Positions 19,297 through 30,247 are shown, numbered from the stretch's first letter. The stretch is DNA of 64,000 nt from Thermodesulfobacteriota bacterium (GCA_041753155.1 JBGSVA010000041.1:7583-71582); one strand, 5' to 3'. The notes: a model not told the origin generated them from the sequence alone. Program-made: numbers and translations.

Positions 19297-20442
19297 ATGT
19301 ATTTTCCAACCAAATTCATGAAAAAAGCGACTCTGGTAATCGAAGACGGTACTGTTTTTGAGGGTTTCAGCTTCGGCAGAGAGGGTGAAGCTTATGGGGA
19401 GGTGGTATTCAACACCTCGATAACCGGTTACCAGGAAATACTCACCGACCCCTCCTACAACGGTCAGATCGTTGCGATGACCTACCCCGAGATAGGGAAT
19501 TACGGGGTCAACCCCGAGGACGTCGAATCGAGAAAGCCTTTCTTAAGGGGCTTCATCGTTAAAGAATATTGGAAAGAGCCCTCGAACTGGCGCTCCCGAG
19601 GCAGCCTCGGGAAATACCTCTCGGATAACGGGGTCGTGGGTATAGAAGGGGTCGATACGAGGTCCCTGACCAGGCTCATACGCTCGAAGGGGGCCCAGAA
19701 GGCAGTAATATCGACGACGGAGTCCGACCCCGAGAAGCTTCTCAGGAAGGTGCGCGCCTCGCAGGGGATAGTGGGAATAGACCTTGTAACGGAAGTAAGC
19801 TGCGATAACCCTTATAAATGGAGTGAGGGGACAGGGGCCTGGAGACCGGCCTCAGATACACTGTCCGGAGAGAAAAAACGCTTCAGGGTGGTCGCTTACG
19901 ATTACGGACTTAAACAAAACATACTCCGAAAGCTAGTCGACCACGGCTGCGAGGTGACAATCACCCCTTCGAGGACACCGCCGCACGAAATACTCTCGAT
20001 GAAGCCCGACGGAATTTTCCTCTCGAACGGCCCCGGCGACCCGGCGGCTGTGGCTTACGCGGTCGAGAGCGTGAGGACGCTCATAGGGAAGAAACCGATA
20101 TTCGGCATCTGCCTGGGACACCAGATACTGGGCCTCGCCCTCGGGGGGTCGACGTACAAGCTCAAGTTCGGACACAGGGGGGCGAACCAGCCGGTCAAGA
20201 ACCTGAGAACCGGCAAGGTCGAGATCACTTCACAGAACCACGGCTTCGCAGTGGACGCCGACAGTCTAGGCGGAGACGTGGAGATAACGCACATCAACCT
20301 GAACGACAATACGGTGGAAGGGCTCAGGCACAGGGAGCACCCCGTGTTTTCGGTGCAGTACCATCCCGAGGCCTCGCCCGGCCCCCACGACTCGTCTTAC
20401 CTTTTCAAGGAATTCATCGACCTCATGGAAGAGCGCGGGTAA
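19297..20442 (+). CDS. carA: Carbamoyl-phosphate synthase small (glutamine amidotransferase) subunit. The likely start is MKKATLV at 19318.
   Basis: CarA N-terminal domain plus a class-I GATase catalytic triad region (GICLGHQ). Confidence 0.85.
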   Translation: MYFPTKFMKKATLVIEDGTVFEGFSFGREGEAYGEVVFNTSITGYQEILTDPSYNGQIVAMTYPEIGNYGVNPEDVESRKPFLRGFIVKEYWKEPSNWRSRGSLGKYLSDNGVVGIEGVDTRSLTRLIRSKGAQKAVISTTESDPEKLLRKVRASQGIVGIDLVTEVSCDNPYKWSEGTGAWRPASDTLSGEKKRFRVVAYDYGLKQNILRKLVDHGCEVTITPSRTPPHEILSMKPDGIFLSNGPGDPAAVAYAVESVRTLIGKKPIFGICLGHQILGLALGGSTYKLKFGHRGANQPVKNLRTGKVEITSQNHGFAVDADSLGGDVEITHINLNDNTVEGLRHREHPVFSVQYHPEASPGPHDSSYLFKEFIDLMEERG

Positions 20443-20539
20443 GGGAGCGTTTGCTCCGTCCGTCTCCGGTTATTATCTCATCTCACGCTCGTGAATTGAG
20501 TCTTATTGCTTCTTGATGACATCCTTCGACCCTTCGACT

Positions 20540-20700
20540 GCACACTTCGTGTGCACTCAGGACAGGCGGGTTTGGCTTCATTGCTGGTTTGAGTAGGAGA
20601 GGGATGGAAAGATCATAAAACACACATTGTGTGTGTTCTTCTTTGTCTTGATGAACACACGTAGTGTGGTCTATGAACTACTGCACACACAAAGTGTGTT
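20540..20700. repeat. Cluster of four CACAC-N3-GTGTG mini-hairpins at 20540-54, 20619-37, 20656-68 and 20684-99. A partial repeat-core start is also present.
   Basis: Perfect short inverted repeats read directly. A fifth similar hairpin sits at ~15347-15365 next to copy A. Confidence 0.6.
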
Positions 20701-20727
20701 TTATGAAAAGACAACTACAAAATTATT

Positions 20728-20935
20728 TTCTTCTTTGTCTGGATACAAAGAAGCAAAAATCATCCGACTACATAATTTGCTAAAAATCTTGTGTTGAAGC
20801 TAAAATCTTTCAATTAGAAAGCTGAAAGATTTTTATACGCTTAAACACGCGATTTTCTTAACGCAAATTCTGTAATGTCGGGAAGAGAAAAGCAAAAGAT
20901 AGATTTCTCGCGCTGCTCGAAATAACAAGATAAAG
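20728..20935. repeat. Copy B of the structured intergenic repeat family (core 20728-20884 plus tail)
   Basis: About 85% identical to copies A and C. Substitutions in the stems are compensatory. Confidence 0.8.
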
Positions 20936-21074
20936 ATGATATTGCCGCGGTCCGCTAACTTCGTTTGCTGCACTCGCAACGACAGAATAAAGCTCCGTCC
21001 TTCGACAGGCTCACGACGAACGGTGTGGGGGATCACTTGTCGGACGGTGGTGGTAGGGTTGCTGCGCTGTTAAT

Positions 21075-22679
21075 TCAAGCTGCTCTTCTTTCCAAAACTT
21101 CCCGGGCTAACTTCTCCGCCTTGTCTATGCCGTCCACGGTTTCTCCGGATATGAGCTTAAGGGCCTCCTCCCCGATCTCGAGCGTTATATCGTAGTTCTT
21201 CCTCTTACTTTTCTCGAACTCGGCGAGCGGGAATATTACGTTGTCGATAAACCTCGAGAACGCGCTCATCGTTCTCCTTCTGACCTTGCCGTAGCCCTTG
21301 ACCATGGAGACGCTCTTCGCTACGAGACATCCGACCCTGTAATCGAGGGACGCATAGTATTTCACGGATTCCCTGTACTTCTTTATTAATACATGCTCTT
21401 TTCTGTACCGGAACGAGTGTCTCCTCATGTATTTCATCTTGGTAAGGAGCCAGAACATCGCGTATCCCGAGAACGACGTGGTAGTCGGGGTCTGGCCGAA
21501 CGTAAGCGGTTTTTTCCTGGGCCATATTTTTTTGAATAAACCTGTTTGAGTAAACCGCACTATCGGGGCGACGAGGAAATAGGGCAAGAGCCCGTATATC
21601 TCTTCGGCGTCGGGCTTTAGGTAATCTATAACCTTGAAGACCTGGTCGTCCCGGAGCCTCATCTCTTCCTTGATCCTTTTGAACCTGTCCGATTTTATCT
21701 TGAGATCGGCCACGCGTATCCCGTCTTCGTAGCTCATGAGTAAAGCCAGGTTCTTCGCGTAGTGCTCCGTAAGCTTGGACCCTCCGCTTTTCGTCCTCTC
21801 GTCAATTTCATAGACGGCCCTGACCTCTTCCATGTATTCGTCAGCGTATCCGGCGTCCTGGTATTCGAGCAGCCTGAATACCGACTCCGCCAGTATCTCT
21901 CTCAGGTTGGGGGGGAACTCGGATTCGATCCTCGAGACCTTTCCGAGGTATTCCTCCCTGTCGTAATCCTCGAGCTTGTCGGCCCTCTCCCGGATGAAGC
22001 TGTCCCAAACCAGGGCGGGTTTCTTCTGATCGGGGCTCTTCCGGGAGGACACATGCTCGTATCCGACTTCGAACGCTCTTAGACTCGCCTTTACCGAAAC
22101 CCCTACCTTCTCGATCGATTCAACGAACGATTCCTTCCTGAGCGGCAGCACGCCCGAAGCGGAAACCGCGCCGAGGAGGATCGCGTTGACCGCGAGCTCG
22201 TCCATGCCGTTTTTCCTGGATAGTTCGAGTGCGTCGAGCTCTATGAATCTCGACGAAAACGAGGAGGCTATCTTTCTCAGGTTCTCGTCCGCATATATAC
22301 CGCTCCCGACAGGCATTTTCTCGAGAGTCGAGAATACCCTGTGCGTGCTCGTAACTATGGTCGTTTTATCCGACCCGTAGCCCAATTGAAGCGCCCTGCC
22401 GAGCTCGAGGAATTCCTGCGAGATAATTACGTCCACCTCGCCTGGGACCGGGAATTGCGCGAAGATAACCTGCCTCTTCCCGGAGGCCGACCTGGGGTGC
22501 GCCTCCATGTAGTAAACCGTAGACCCTCCCCTCTGAGAGAGGCCGGGGAGGCTTATTCCCTGCACGTCATAATCCTCGAGGAAGAATGCCTGAACCAGCC
22601 ATTCCGTGAGTACCCCGCCGCCCTGTCCGCCGACAGCAGGGATGAATATTTTTATTAAATCGCTCTTATTCTGCATCAC
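21075..22679 (-). CDS. iorB: Indolepyruvate/2-oxoacid:ferredoxin oxidoreductase beta-like subunit (gamma-domain family) with a C-terminal extension
   Basis: IFIPAVGGQGGGVLTEWL is the PFOR gamma-domain signature. It sits downstream of iorA. Confidence 0.65.
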   Translation of the reverse strand: MMQNKSDLIKIFIPAVGGQGGGVLTEWLVQAFFLEDYDVQGISLPGLSQRGGSTVYYMEAHPRSASGKRQVIFAQFPVPGEVDVIISQEFLELGRALQLGYGSDKTTIVTSTHRVFSTLEKMPVGSGIYADENLRKIASSFSSRFIELDALELSRKNGMDELAVNAILLGAVSASGVLPLRKESFVESIEKVGVSVKASLRAFEVGYEHVSSRKSPDQKKPALVWDSFIRERADKLEDYDREEYLGKVSRIESEFPPNLREILAESVFRLLEYQDAGYADEYMEEVRAVYEIDERTKSGGSKLTEHYAKNLALLMSYEDGIRVADLKIKSDRFKRIKEEMRLRDDQVFKVIDYLKPDAEEIYGLLPYFLVAPIVRFTQTGLFKKIWPRKKPLTFGQTPTTTSFSGYAMFWLLTKMKYMRRHSFRYRKEHVLIKKYRESVKYYASLDYRVGCLVAKSVSMVKGYGKVRRRTMSAFSRFIDNVIFPLAEFEKSKRKNYDITLEIGEEALKLISGETVDGIDKAEKLAREVLERRAA

Positions 22680-22884
22680 GAATCAGAAAAGCTCTATCAG
22701 AGAAATACTACAACAATTTTTACGCCTTCCACAAACTTAAAATCCGTTTAAACAAATTCTATACCATTAAAAAAAGAACGGAGAAACTATAATTAATGTT
22801 CGGCGAGAGAAACGAAAGGATTATAGTCATGGTCAGCCTGCCTTTGGGACTCCGGTATAAGATGCCTTGACGGGGGCTGTCTAT

Positions 22885-25014
22885 CTAACCCGACCAGCCG
22901 TTCCGTGAAACCAGGTGAAGCAGCGAGCGGTTTATTTTAGCCCCGAGCCGGTCGAAGAGCGACGGGTTGTCTATTATCTCCACTCTGTAGAAGGAGGGGC
23001 AGAGAACGGCCGCATGCGCTATCTCTCCGCAGAGTCCGCAGCCCACGCACGAGTGCTCTATATGCGCTACCGGGTCGTCCCTGAGTATCGTGGGGCTCGG
23101 CTTGAGCGTGAGCGAAGGGCATCCGTTGAACCTCATGCACGAGTGGTCGCCGGTGCAGACGTCGGGATCGACGCCTAATTTCTTCTGCACAATGCGCCTG
23201 CCATCTTTTATATTCGTTTTCAGAACTATTTTTTCCCTTCTGGTCTTCTCAAGCTGGCACTCGCCCCTCGAAATTATAACTCTTAGCCCCTCGTCCTCTT
23301 CGTACGCTTCACTCAGCACTTCCATGGATTCCCTGAGGTCGTAAGGATCGACCGTTTTAATCCACCTGACTCCTGCTCCTCTCAGCGCTTTCTCTATGTC
23401 CATCCCGACCCCTTCCTGCCTCATGTTCTTGCCCGACGCGGGGTTCTCGTGATGCCCTGTCATGGAGGTCCAGAAATTCTCGAGAATGATCAATATGGCG
23501 TTCTGGTTGTTGTACACGGCGTTCGCGATGCTCGACGTGAGGCCGCTGTGCCAGAACGTGCCGTCTCCCATGAACGATATGACCCTCTTGTTCGCCATTC
23601 TCGAGAGCGCGCCAGCGGACGCGAGACCTATGCCCATGCCCGTGATCGAGTTGCTGAGGTCGAACGGCGGGAGACCGCTCATCGAATAACAACCTATGTC
23701 GGACGCGTAGTACGACCTGCCGAAGTCCTCTTCGAGTATTTTTATCGCGGTGAAAATCGGCCTTTCAGGACAACCCGTACAGAAAACGGGGTTCCTCTTC
23801 GTGACGCGCTGCTTTAAAAAGTTGGCGGCCCTGTCCTTGTGTTTCTCCGTGAATTCGCTTCTCTCTTTTATCCTCTCTTTCTCGTAATCGGAGAGGGTAT
23901 TCTTGAGCAGGAACTGCCCGACGCCCTTTGCGATATGGTCGGGCGTATATTCCCCGGCCTGAGGGAGAATATCCTTTCCGAATATATCGAGACCCAGCTT
24001 AGCCCTCTGTGCGATAGCCCTTATATGTTCTTCCATGAGATTGGGCATGCCTTCTTCGACGATGAGCACGGCCTTCTTGTCCCGGAGGAAGAGTATTATT
24101 TCCTCGGGTACGAGCGGGTTAGTAACGTTCAGGTTGAGTATCGGTATCCTGCACTCGCCGTAAAGGCTCGCCTCTCCCAGGTTATAGAGGCACCTCATCA
24201 GGGAATTGTATATCATTCCGTGAGTGATAATCCCCATACTGCTGTCGGCGCCTTCGAAGAACTCGTTCAGCTTCCTCTCGAGTATGAACCTTTTCGCGGC
24301 CGGCAGCCTCTCGTGGTATTTCTTCTTTTCATGGTCGAACGTGAAAGGAGGGAGAGGGATTTTTTCGAGATCGGTTATGAGGTCGTCCAGCCGGTTGATC
24401 ATGCTGATTTTGGGCTCCTTGTTGTCCCGGCAGGTCATCTTGTTCATTATGTGGGCTACCCTGGTGGACAGAAGATACATGACCGGCATGTTCGAGTATT
24501 CCGAAAGCTCGAAACCGGCCTCGATCATCTTGACCACCTGATCGAGGTCCCCCCTCGGATCGATCACTGCCATCGTTGACTTAAGTGCGAACGGGAGCGC
24601 CCTTTCGGCCACGCACGTGCTGTCGCAGCCGTAATCTTCCCCAACTATAATCATAGCCCCGCCCGTGACCCCGGATGAGGATATGTGTGAAAGGGCGTCC
24701 GAAGCGACGTTCGTGCCCACTATCTTCCAGTTAACGGAGCCTCGTATCGGATAGCTGATCGACGCTGACAACAGCGACGCGGCAGACGCCTCGTTGCCGG
24801 AACAGTCGAAGTATATTCCCTTCTTTTTGAGCACCGGTTCGTATGCGTCGGAGATGACATCGATGAGCCCGGCCGTAGGAGAGCCCGGGTATCCCCCGAG
24901 GTAGCTCACCCCCGACTGGAGGAAAGCCTTCAGTATCGCAAGCGGTGTATCCCCGTAAAGAGTTTCCCCTTCGCCGTAATTCAACTGTTCGAGCAGTTCT
25001 TTCGAGTAACCCAT
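22885..25014 (-). CDS. iorA: Indolepyruvate/2-oxoacid:ferredoxin oxidoreductase alpha subunit (TPP-binding, 2x[4Fe-4S])
   Basis: TPP motif GDGTFWHSGL. Ferredoxin motifs CVGCGLCGE and CTGCPERP. Confidence 0.75.
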   Translation of the reverse strand: MGYSKELLEQLNYGEGETLYGDTPLAILKAFLQSGVSYLGGYPGSPTAGLIDVISDAYEPVLKKKGIYFDCSGNEASAASLLSASISYPIRGSVNWKIVGTNVASDALSHISSSGVTGGAMIIVGEDYGCDSTCVAERALPFALKSTMAVIDPRGDLDQVVKMIEAGFELSEYSNMPVMYLLSTRVAHIMNKMTCRDNKEPKISMINRLDDLITDLEKIPLPPFTFDHEKKKYHERLPAAKRFILERKLNEFFEGADSSMGIITHGMIYNSLMRCLYNLGEASLYGECRIPILNLNVTNPLVPEEIILFLRDKKAVLIVEEGMPNLMEEHIRAIAQRAKLGLDIFGKDILPQAGEYTPDHIAKGVGQFLLKNTLSDYEKERIKERSEFTEKHKDRAANFLKQRVTKRNPVFCTGCPERPIFTAIKILEEDFGRSYYASDIGCYSMSGLPPFDLSNSITGMGIGLASAGALSRMANKRVISFMGDGTFWHSGLTSSIANAVYNNQNAILIILENFWTSMTGHHENPASGKNMRQEGVGMDIEKALRGAGVRWIKTVDPYDLRESMEVLSEAYEEDEGLRVIISRGECQLEKTRREKIVLKTNIKDGRRIVQKKLGVDPDVCTGDHSCMRFNGCPSLTLKPSPTILRDDPVAHIEHSCVGCGLCGEIAHAAVLCPSFYRVEIIDNPSLFDRLGAKINRSLLHLVSRNGWSG

Positions 25015-25122
25015 GACAACTCCCGCTCCGAAGCCTGTTCTGAACCCCGGCGTCTATAATCTACCAGATAAGGGGCGGATATACCAGATTACCGACCCCC
25101 CGCGCAGCACTGCATATCCCGT

Positions 25123-25599
25123 CTATTCCTGGAGCACTAAACTGTCCCTTATCATGAAGAAATAATCCCTGAGCGCTTCTTCCTGCTCCAAGGTGACTAC
25201 GTGAAATGGCCTTTTCATCTTTACGACGTCGAGAGCCGTACCGGGGTCTATCCTCATATGATGCATAAGAAAGCATGCGAGCATTAAATTAGTCCTCCCC
25301 ATCCCCGCATAACAATGAACTGCCACACGCCTTCTTTCGGCGAGCCGGTCATTGACGAAATCCACGAATTCCCTGAAATCCTCGAACCCGGGGGCCTGGA
25401 AGTCGTTGACAGGTATGTGCTTCACTATAAAGCCTTCGTATTCCCTGGCATACTCTTGTTCCTCGAGGTTCACTATTACGCTGATCCCCTCCCTTCTCAG
25501 GAACTCGAGGTCGTCCTCAAAGCTGTTGAACTGCCCCGGCCTTTCCATACCCGCAATCACACCCTCGACTACCCAGGAGAACCTTTCAGGCACTGTCAC
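25123..25599 (-). CDS. Dual-specificity (Cys-based) protein phosphatase
   Basis: HCYAGMGRT is the CX5R P-loop. The start overlaps the nfi stop (ATGA). Confidence 0.75.
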   Translation of the reverse strand: MTVPERFSWVVEGVIAGMERPGQFNSFEDDLEFLRREGISVIVNLEEQEYAREYEGFIVKHIPVNDFQAPGFEDFREFVDFVNDRLAERRRVAVHCYAGMGRTNLMLACFLMHHMRIDPGTALDVVKMKRPFHVVTLEQEEALRDYFFMIRDSLVLQE

Positions 25600-26288
25600 G
25601 ATCTCCTTTTCTTAAGCTCGGTAACGTATATATCGGCCCGTCTGGTCGGCTCGGGTATCCTGTATCCCCTCGCGCACAGAAGGGCGATCTCCCTCGCCGA
25701 GTCCGTATCGAGCCTGTGGCCCGGAGAAACGAAGACGGGCTTCGTATTATCCCTCGTCCTCAGGACCGAGCCAATCACGCCCCCCTCCTTCGACATCAAA
25801 GGGCTGGAGGAACCCCTTTTCTCCCCCGGCGCGTCGTAATTGCCGTAAAGCCTCTTTTTTGCGATCCCCATGGCGGGAATATCCAGTAATACCCCCACGT
25901 GGCATGCGATACCGAAGCCCCTCGGATGCGCTATCCCCTGGCCGTCAATAATAAGGAGGTCGGGCCTCTGTCCCAGTTTTTTGAACGTCTCTATAATAGC
26001 CGGCCCTTCTCTGAAGGCGAGTAAACCGGGTATGTAGGGGAACCTTTCGTCGCTCACGGTATAAACCCGCTCGATCTCGGCGAGGTCGGGGTATGAAAAC
26101 AATATAATCCCGCATATGAGTTTATTCTCGCTCGTGAGAATCGAAAGATCGGCCCCCGCGACCGTCTTCAACTCTCCGAACTGCCTCTCTCTTATAACTA
26201 TTTTGCTTAATTCTCTCTGGACGTCGAAGGCGCGGGCGGGCCGAGTGCGGGCCTCCCCGGTAAAGGTCTTCGAGCAGGCCGGCGTCAA
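25596..26288 (-). CDS. nfi: Endonuclease V (deoxyinosine 3' endonuclease)
   Basis: Nfi-like sequence (VAGADLS ... YIPGLLAFREGP ... LIIDGQGIAHPRGFG). Confidence 0.8.
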   Translation of the reverse strand: MTPACSKTFTGEARTRPARAFDVQRELSKIVIRERQFGELKTVAGADLSILTSENKLICGIILFSYPDLAEIERVYTVSDERFPYIPGLLAFREGPAIIETFKKLGQRPDLLIIDGQGIAHPRGFGIACHVGVLLDIPAMGIAKKRLYGNYDAPGEKRGSSSPLMSKEGGVIGSVLRTRDNTKPVFVSPGHRLDTDSAREIALLCARGYRIPEPTRRADIYVTELKKRRS

Positions 26289-26545
26289 TGATACCCATAG
26301 ACATCCCCTATTACCCTCTTGAACCTGGGGGCGTAAATAAGCTCGAAGGCGAGCTCTTTCCCCGGAAAGAGCCTGAGCGCAAAACTCCTGACTTTTTCAA
26401 AATGCTCGAGAGCCTCCTCCCTCGTCAAATTTGTCTGATACATGAGGGATATGGTGAGGTCGACCATCAGGCGGAGGAGTCTCAGCTTCCTGTTTTCTTC
26501 GGCTATTTCTTCGGGTTTGGGAATCTGCTTTTCCATGGTAAACAC
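26285..26545 (-). CDS. Hypothetical small protein (86 aa) translationally coupled to nfi
   Basis: ATGA stop/start overlap with nfi. No recognisable motif. Confidence 0.4.
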   Translation of the reverse strand: MFTMEKQIPKPEEIAEENRKLRLLRLMVDLTISLMYQTNLTREEALEHFEKVRSFALRLFPGKELAFELIYAPRFKRVIGDVYGYH

Positions 26546-26699
26546 CGCCTGAGGATTATCGATTGACTATAGAAGTATACATGAAGCGCTCCGACGGATT
26601 AACTTATTTTCTATGCCTTCCGAAGCGCCTGTATTTGTCCGTGACAATAAAATTCGGTAGAATCAAACGGCATCAACTAAAACCTTCAGGATATATGAA

Positions 26700-27650
26700 A
26701 TGAAGCTCAGAATGGCTTTCGTCATGGACCCGGTAGGGGACATAAATACGGAAAAGGACACGACCTACGTCCTCATGCTCGAAGCCCAGGCGAGGGGGCA
26801 CGAGGTCTATTACCTGGAGCTTAAAGACCTCTACGTAAAAAATGCGAAGGCGTACGGTAACGCCGCCCGGATAAGCCTTAAGAGGGGCGCCGACTACTAT
26901 AAGCTCGGTGGGGGCGAAACGGTCGAGATGGAGACATTCGATGCGGTGTGGATGAGGAAGGACCCGCCGTTCAACCAGGACTACATATACGCGACTTATA
27001 TACTGAGCCTCATAGACCCGGGTAAAACGAAGGTGATAAACGACCCGAGGGGTATAAGGGAGTCGAACGAGAAGCTCTACACGCTCTATTTCCCCGAATG
27101 GATACCGAGCTCGGTAGTGACCAAGGATATCGGGCAGCTGAGTAAATTCCTGACCGAGGCGGGTGGGGAAATCGTCGTGAAGCCGCTCGACGGTCACGGG
27201 GGCGAAGGGGTCTTCTACGTCCGGGAGGGCGACAGGAACTCGAACGTGATACTCGAGACCATTACCAATTTTGGAAAACAGTACGTGCTGGCTCAAAAAT
27301 TTATTAAAGAAGTGAGCGAGGGCGACAAGAGGATAATACTCTTAAACGGAGAGCCGCTCGGAGCGGTGCTGAGGGTGCCGAAGCCGGGCGGAGAATTCAG
27401 GTGCAACTTCCATTCGGGGGGGAGCCCGGCCAAATCGGAGCTCACCGGGAGGGATCTGAAAATCTGCAAAGCCCTCTCCCGGAGGCTCAGGAAGGACGGC
27501 CTCTATTTTGTAGGCATAGACGTCATCGGGGGATATATAACGGAGATTAATACGACGAGCCCCACGGGTGTGCAGGAGATAAACAGGCTCAACGGAGTGA
27601 AGCTCGAAGAGGACGTAATCGATTTCGCAGAAGGTCTATGCTCGCGTTGA
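26700..27650 (+). CDS. gshB: Glutathione synthetase (ATP-grasp)
   Basis: MKLRMAFVMDP... N-terminus and an ATP-grasp C-terminus are typical of GshB. Confidence 0.8.
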   Translation: MKLRMAFVMDPVGDINTEKDTTYVLMLEAQARGHEVYYLELKDLYVKNAKAYGNAARISLKRGADYYKLGGGETVEMETFDAVWMRKDPPFNQDYIYATYILSLIDPGKTKVINDPRGIRESNEKLYTLYFPEWIPSSVVTKDIGQLSKFLTEAGGEIVVKPLDGHGGEGVFYVREGDRNSNVILETITNFGKQYVLAQKFIKEVSEGDKRIILLNGEPLGAVLRVPKPGGEFRCNFHSGGSPAKSELTGRDLKICKALSRRLRKDGLYFVGIDVIGGYITEINTTSPTGVQEINRLNGVKLEEDVIDFAEGLCSR

Positions 27651-27708
27651 GTCTTTGATTATTCCCCGCCGCATACCGATGCCGGGACAGAATTATCGGG
27701 AGGATCGA

Positions 27709-27999
27709 ATGAAAATCACTAGAGACGACGTCATTAAGGTTGCGGAGCTGGCAAGGCTCGAATTCAAAGAGGATGAGCTCGATAAATTCACGGAGCAGCT
27801 CGGAAATATTCTTACATACATCGGAAAGCTGAACGAGCTCGACACAAAAGACGTCGAACCAACGTCCCACGTGCTCGACCTCGCAACGCCCCTCAGGGAA
27901 GACGCGGTAGAGGAATGGCTCACCGCAGGAGAAGCGCTCGAGAACGCGCCCGAAGAGGAAGACGGGTTCTTTGTCGTCCCGCAGGTAATAGAAGACTAA
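27709..27999 (+). CDS. gatC: Asp-tRNA(Asn)/Glu-tRNA(Gln) amidotransferase subunit C
   Basis: MKITRDDVIKVAELARLEFKEDEL is the GatC signature. It lies directly upstream of gatA. Confidence 0.85.
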   Translation: MKITRDDVIKVAELARLEFKEDELDKFTEQLGNILTYIGKLNELDTKDVEPTSHVLDLATPLREDAVEEWLTAGEALENAPEEEDGFFVVPQVIED

Positions 28000-28011
28000 G
28001 GAGAGATTTGA

Positions 28012-29472
28012 ATGGAACTCCCGTTTTTATCGATAGGGGAAGCCTCCAGGCTTATAAGGAATAAAGAGATTTCCCCGAAGGAGCTTACCGAGTCGGTCCT
28101 CGATAGAATCTCGAAGCTCGACGGAAAGCTCAATTCCTATATCACAGTCATGGGCGAGAAGGCGATTGATGCGGCGAGGACGGCGGAAGAGGAAATCTCA
28201 TCGGGCTCATACCGCGGCCCCCTTCACGGCATACCAATCGGACTTAAAGACATATTCGTCATGAAGGGCGTCCCCGCTACGTGCGGGTCGAAGATGCTCG
28301 AGAACTTCTTTCCACCCTACGATGCCACGGTAACGAAAAAACTCCGGGACGCCGGCGCGGTTATTGTCGGCAAGAATAACATGGACGAGTTCGCAATGGG
28401 CTCGTCGACCGAGACCTCCTACTTCGGCCCGTCGAAGAATCCCTGGGACGTAGAGAGAGTGCCCGGAGGCTCGAGCGGCGGGTCAGCGGCGGCTACTGCA
28501 GCCTCACTCTGCCTGGGGTCCGTAGGTACCGACACCGGGGGCTCTATAAGGCAGCCGGCCTCCTACTGCGGCGTCGTCGGAATGAAGCCTACCTACGGGC
28601 GCGTGAGCAGGTTCGGCATGATAGCGTTCGCGTCGTCGCTCGACCAGGCGGGCCCCATAACGAAGACAGTCGAGGATACAGCCCTGATCCTGAACGCTAT
28701 ATCGGGACACGACCCGAGGGACTCGACGTGCGTTAATACCCCGGCGCCTGATTTGACTCTGAGCCTGAAAGACAGCATAAAAGGCGTGAAAGTGGGGGTG
28801 CCCGGGGAGTACTTCATTCCCGGCATGGACAGAGAGGTGGAAGAGGCCGCGAAAAAGGCGATCGCGCTCGTCGAAGACCTCGGCGGCGAGATAATCGACA
28901 TATCCCTCCCGCATACGGAATACGCGGTCCTGACTTACTACATAATCGCCCCTTCCGAGGCGAGCTCGAACCTCGCACGATACGACGGCGTGAAGTACGG
29001 CTTCCGGGCGGGCGGCGCCGGGACGCTCCGGGACATGTACTTGAAGACCAGGGCCGAAGGGTTCGGGAACGAGGTCAAGAGGAGGATAATGCTCGGAACC
29101 TATGCCCTGTCCGCGGGCTACTACGACGCCTATTACCTGAAGGCCCAGAGGGTGAGGACCCTCATAAAAAGGGACTTCGACGAGGCTTTCAAAAAGGTAG
29201 ATGTGATCATGGCTCCTACTGCACCGGAGGTCGCGTTCAGGTTCGGCGAAAAAACTGGCGACCCGATAAAGATGTACTTGTCCGACGTCCTGACAATACC
29301 GTGCAACATCGCGGGGCTCCCGGGGATATCCGTCCCCTGTGGATTTTCCGGGGACGGGCTCCCGATCGGGATTCAGGTGCTGGGTAAACCTTTCGACGAA
29401 GGCTCGGTTATCCATGTCGCCCACGCGTATGAACAGCACGCCGGATGGAAAGAAAGAAGGCCTCCCCTCTGA
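28012..29472 (+). CDS. gatA: Glutamyl-tRNA(Gln) amidotransferase subunit A (amidase signature)
   Basis: Amidase signature [10 protein letters not shown]. The catalytic Ser-cisSer-Lys context is present. Confidence 0.9.
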   Translation: MELPFLSIGEASRLIRNKEISPKELTESVLDRISKLDGKLNSYITVMGEKAIDAARTAEEEISSGSYRGPLHGIPIGLKDIFVMKGVPATCGSKMLENFFPPYDATVTKKLRDAGAVIVGKNNMDEFAMGSSTETSYFGPSKNPWDVERVPGGSSGGSAAATAASLCLGSVGTDTGGSIRQPASYCGVVGMKPTYGRVSRFGMIAFASSLDQAGPITKTVEDTALILNAISGHDPRDSTCVNTPAPDLTLSLKDSIKGVKVGVPGEYFIPGMDREVEEAAKKAIALVEDLGGEIIDISLPHTEYAVLTYYIIAPSEASSNLARYDGVKYGFRAGGAGTLRDMYLKTRAEGFGNEVKRRIMLGTYALSAGYYDAYYLKAQRVRTLIKRDFDEAFKKVDVIMAPTAPEVAFRFGEKTGDPIKMYLSDVLTIPCNIAGLPGISVPCGFSGDGLPIGIQVLGKPFDEGSVIHVAHAYEQHAGWKERRPPL

Positions 29473-29548
29473 TGTTCGTGATAAATCTCGTATAGACTTA
29501 TTGCCGTATGCGTCATCTTAAGCGGAGTTTATAAATCAGGAGAACGAA

Positions 29549-29737
29549 ATGGCCGAGAAGAAAAAGGTATGCATGATATGCGGGAAGCCGTCCGATTCGT
29601 CTATCTGTGATGAGTGCAAGGCGAAGATTCAGGGAGAAGCGGCGGGGGAGAAGCAGAAAATAGAGAAGCAGGTGAAAGTCGGCTCTGAAGTGGAGAAAGA
29701 CAAGATAGTGAAGAAGCATATAGATAAGAAAGAGTGA
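29549..29737 (+). CDS. Small zinc-ribbon protein (CxxC...CxxC) with a Lys/Glu-rich tail
   Basis: AGGAGA RBS. CMICGK...CDEC motif. Confidence 0.5.
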   Translation: MAEKKKVCMICGKPSDSSICDECKAKIQGEAAGEKQKIEKQVKVGSEVEKDKIVKKHIDKKE

Positions 29738-30087
29738 ACGAGCCAACGCTGAACGTGATTCAGGGTTCAGGATGACTGAAATTATTGAGTGAAATGTAAC
29801 ACCCCCATCCTGACCTAATTTGGTTTAAGCAGCCTTGAGCCAGAAGTTAAGTTGCTTCGGCACCTTTGTTGGTAAGGCGACCTGTTGCTCATTTATTCGC
29901 AACAGTTCCCCCGCCTCGGGGGAAGGAATTAAAAGCTCAAAAAGATAAATTTCTCGTTTTGGTTTGTGCAGATCATATACGATGTCAATGCGAGTTATTT
30001 GCAATCAGCAAAGAGCGACCAATTCTTACGCTCGCTCAGAACTGTTGCTCGAAATGACAAAGAAAAGGCAAATATAGGCAACTATTA

Positions 30088-30247
30088 TTTCTTCTTTTCC
30101 TTGATGAAAAGAAGCAAAAATCATCCGACTGTACATAATTTGCTAAAAATCTTATGTTGAAGCTAAAATCTTTCAATTGGAAAGCTGAAAGATTTTCACG
30201 CTTCAACACGCGATTTTCTTAACGCAAATTCTGTAATGTCGGGAAAT
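30088..30247. repeat. Copy C of the structured intergenic repeat family. It is preceded (29935-30087) by head/tail fragments of the same family.
   Basis: Near-identical to copy A's core. The upstream flank shares aaaagataaatttctcg and gctcgaaatgaca...aagaaaaggcaa with the other copies. Confidence 0.8.
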
